64,000 nt of DNA from the NCBI GenBank assembly GCA_017499595.2, contig CM038999.1, positions 2,666,001 through 2,730,000 on the forward strand, read 5' to 3'. A program made the position numbers and the translations under genes. The notes beneath the pieces were generated by a model, which saw nothing but the letters and a program-made list of their open reading frames with translations, was not told where the DNA came from and did no database searches. This document shows, in pieces, positions 63,183-64,000 of this stretch; position 1 is the stretch's first letter, and each line of letters opens with the position of its first letter. This DNA comes from Psilocybe cubensis. Taxonomy: Eukaryota.

Positions 63183-64000
63183 ATGGCCTACCACCAACCA
63201 GTTACATTACCCCCAGAAATATGGAATCAAATCCTTTCAGAAATACCTCGAACGCAAGTATCCGACTTTCTTGGCACATGTTCATTATTTCACGACATCA
63301 TCGTCAAGTTCCTCTTTGCTTCAATCAAAGTCTATTTTATTGGAAGTGAAACGGGCTTGGAAATGCTCAATACTTCGCACGTCGATTGGACAGAAGAAAT
63401 TGCGATGAAGCTAATGAGTAAGTCTTGGGAGATACTCAACCATATATGTCAAGAACCTCGCTTTGCCAAAGTGGTCAAAAGCATTACCGTTGTAGCGTTC
63501 GCCGATGGTCAATGTATTTTTGAAAAGCGTAAGTAGGAGCAAGCGACCAATGCACACGCGGACCTAACTAACATCAAACACGCGATTATCCAGTCACACT
63601 TGCAAACGCTCTGCTTTTCACGCCAAACCTTCATACCTTTCGTTGGATTGGTAATGGCCCTGCTCTAGATAATTTGGTCGGCGAGTGTCTACCGGACAAC
63701 TTGAAGAAACTCGTTGTACAATCGTTTGTTATTTTCATAGGTTTCGAGGCTCGGTACTGAACCCATCCTTGACAGATCTCTTCCTCTGGAGTCTATACAA
63801 CACCTACGCAATGTGACGTCCTTGCACCTTCCAATGCCATTTTTCTTCCCCGACGACGAGGAAGCTCATGACCGACTTGTCTACGATTATAGCATCCAAG
63901 AATATACACAACTGTTTCTCGGAGATATATTGCATTTTGTGTCGCCCAATTTGCAGAGCTTACGGATAACTGCCATCCAAGTTCGCGATGTTCCAATTCG
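63183..64000 (+). CDS. F-box/LRR-like protein, truncated by window end
   Basis: TLPPEIWNQILSEI..FLGTCSLFHDI F-box-like start; later exons PNLHTFRW and LRNVTSLHL. Confidence 0.72.

Noticed and set aside
1-64000. tRNA, rRNA, CRISPR arrays, telomeric arrays, full-length transposons
   Set aside because: None seen by eye: isolated GTTCGA and TTAGG matches lack cloverleaf or tandem context, and no RT or transposase ORF is present. A tRNAscan or Infernal run would be needed to exclude small RNAs.

Overview
Gene-dense, intron-rich eukaryotic DNA with short (about 45-70 nt) GT/GC-AG introns and CTRAY-type branch points, typical of an Agaricomycete (mushroom-forming basidiomycete) nuclear chromosome. 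I can support about 27 protein-coding genes. Recognisable ones are two tandem cornichon/Erv14 paralogs, a BadF-type GlcNAc kinase, a GT49 glycosyltransferase, a D-2-hydroxyacid dehydrogenase, a C2H2 transcription factor, a DEK-C/SWIB protein, Hrd3/SEL1L, a prenyltransferase alpha-repeat protein, oligoribonuclease Rex2, a ferric-reductase-like protein, arginine-specific CPS large subunit, an FAD amine oxidase, phenylalanine ammonia-lyase, Fcf1, a DUF1917 protein and a Rec114-like protein. I found no tRNA, rRNA or CRISPR. Manual splicing revealed several things the ORF track hides: (1) a C-terminal domain resembling bacterial HicA toxin RNases on a long fungal protein; (2) a SAP + F-box-like + ankyrin-like architecture; (3) an 80-aa secreted 8-Cys peptide behind a spliced leader; (4) a Rec114-like gene with GC donors on 2 of 3 introns; (5) a triplicated exon module carrying a W-x-GP-x-T-YAEDYYSGG motif; (6) a short poly(A)-tailed retro-insertion with an 11-bp target-site duplication; (7) a probable spliced non-coding transcript divergent from CPA2. 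All gene models were spliced by eye, family calls come from motif recognition, and no database searches were run.
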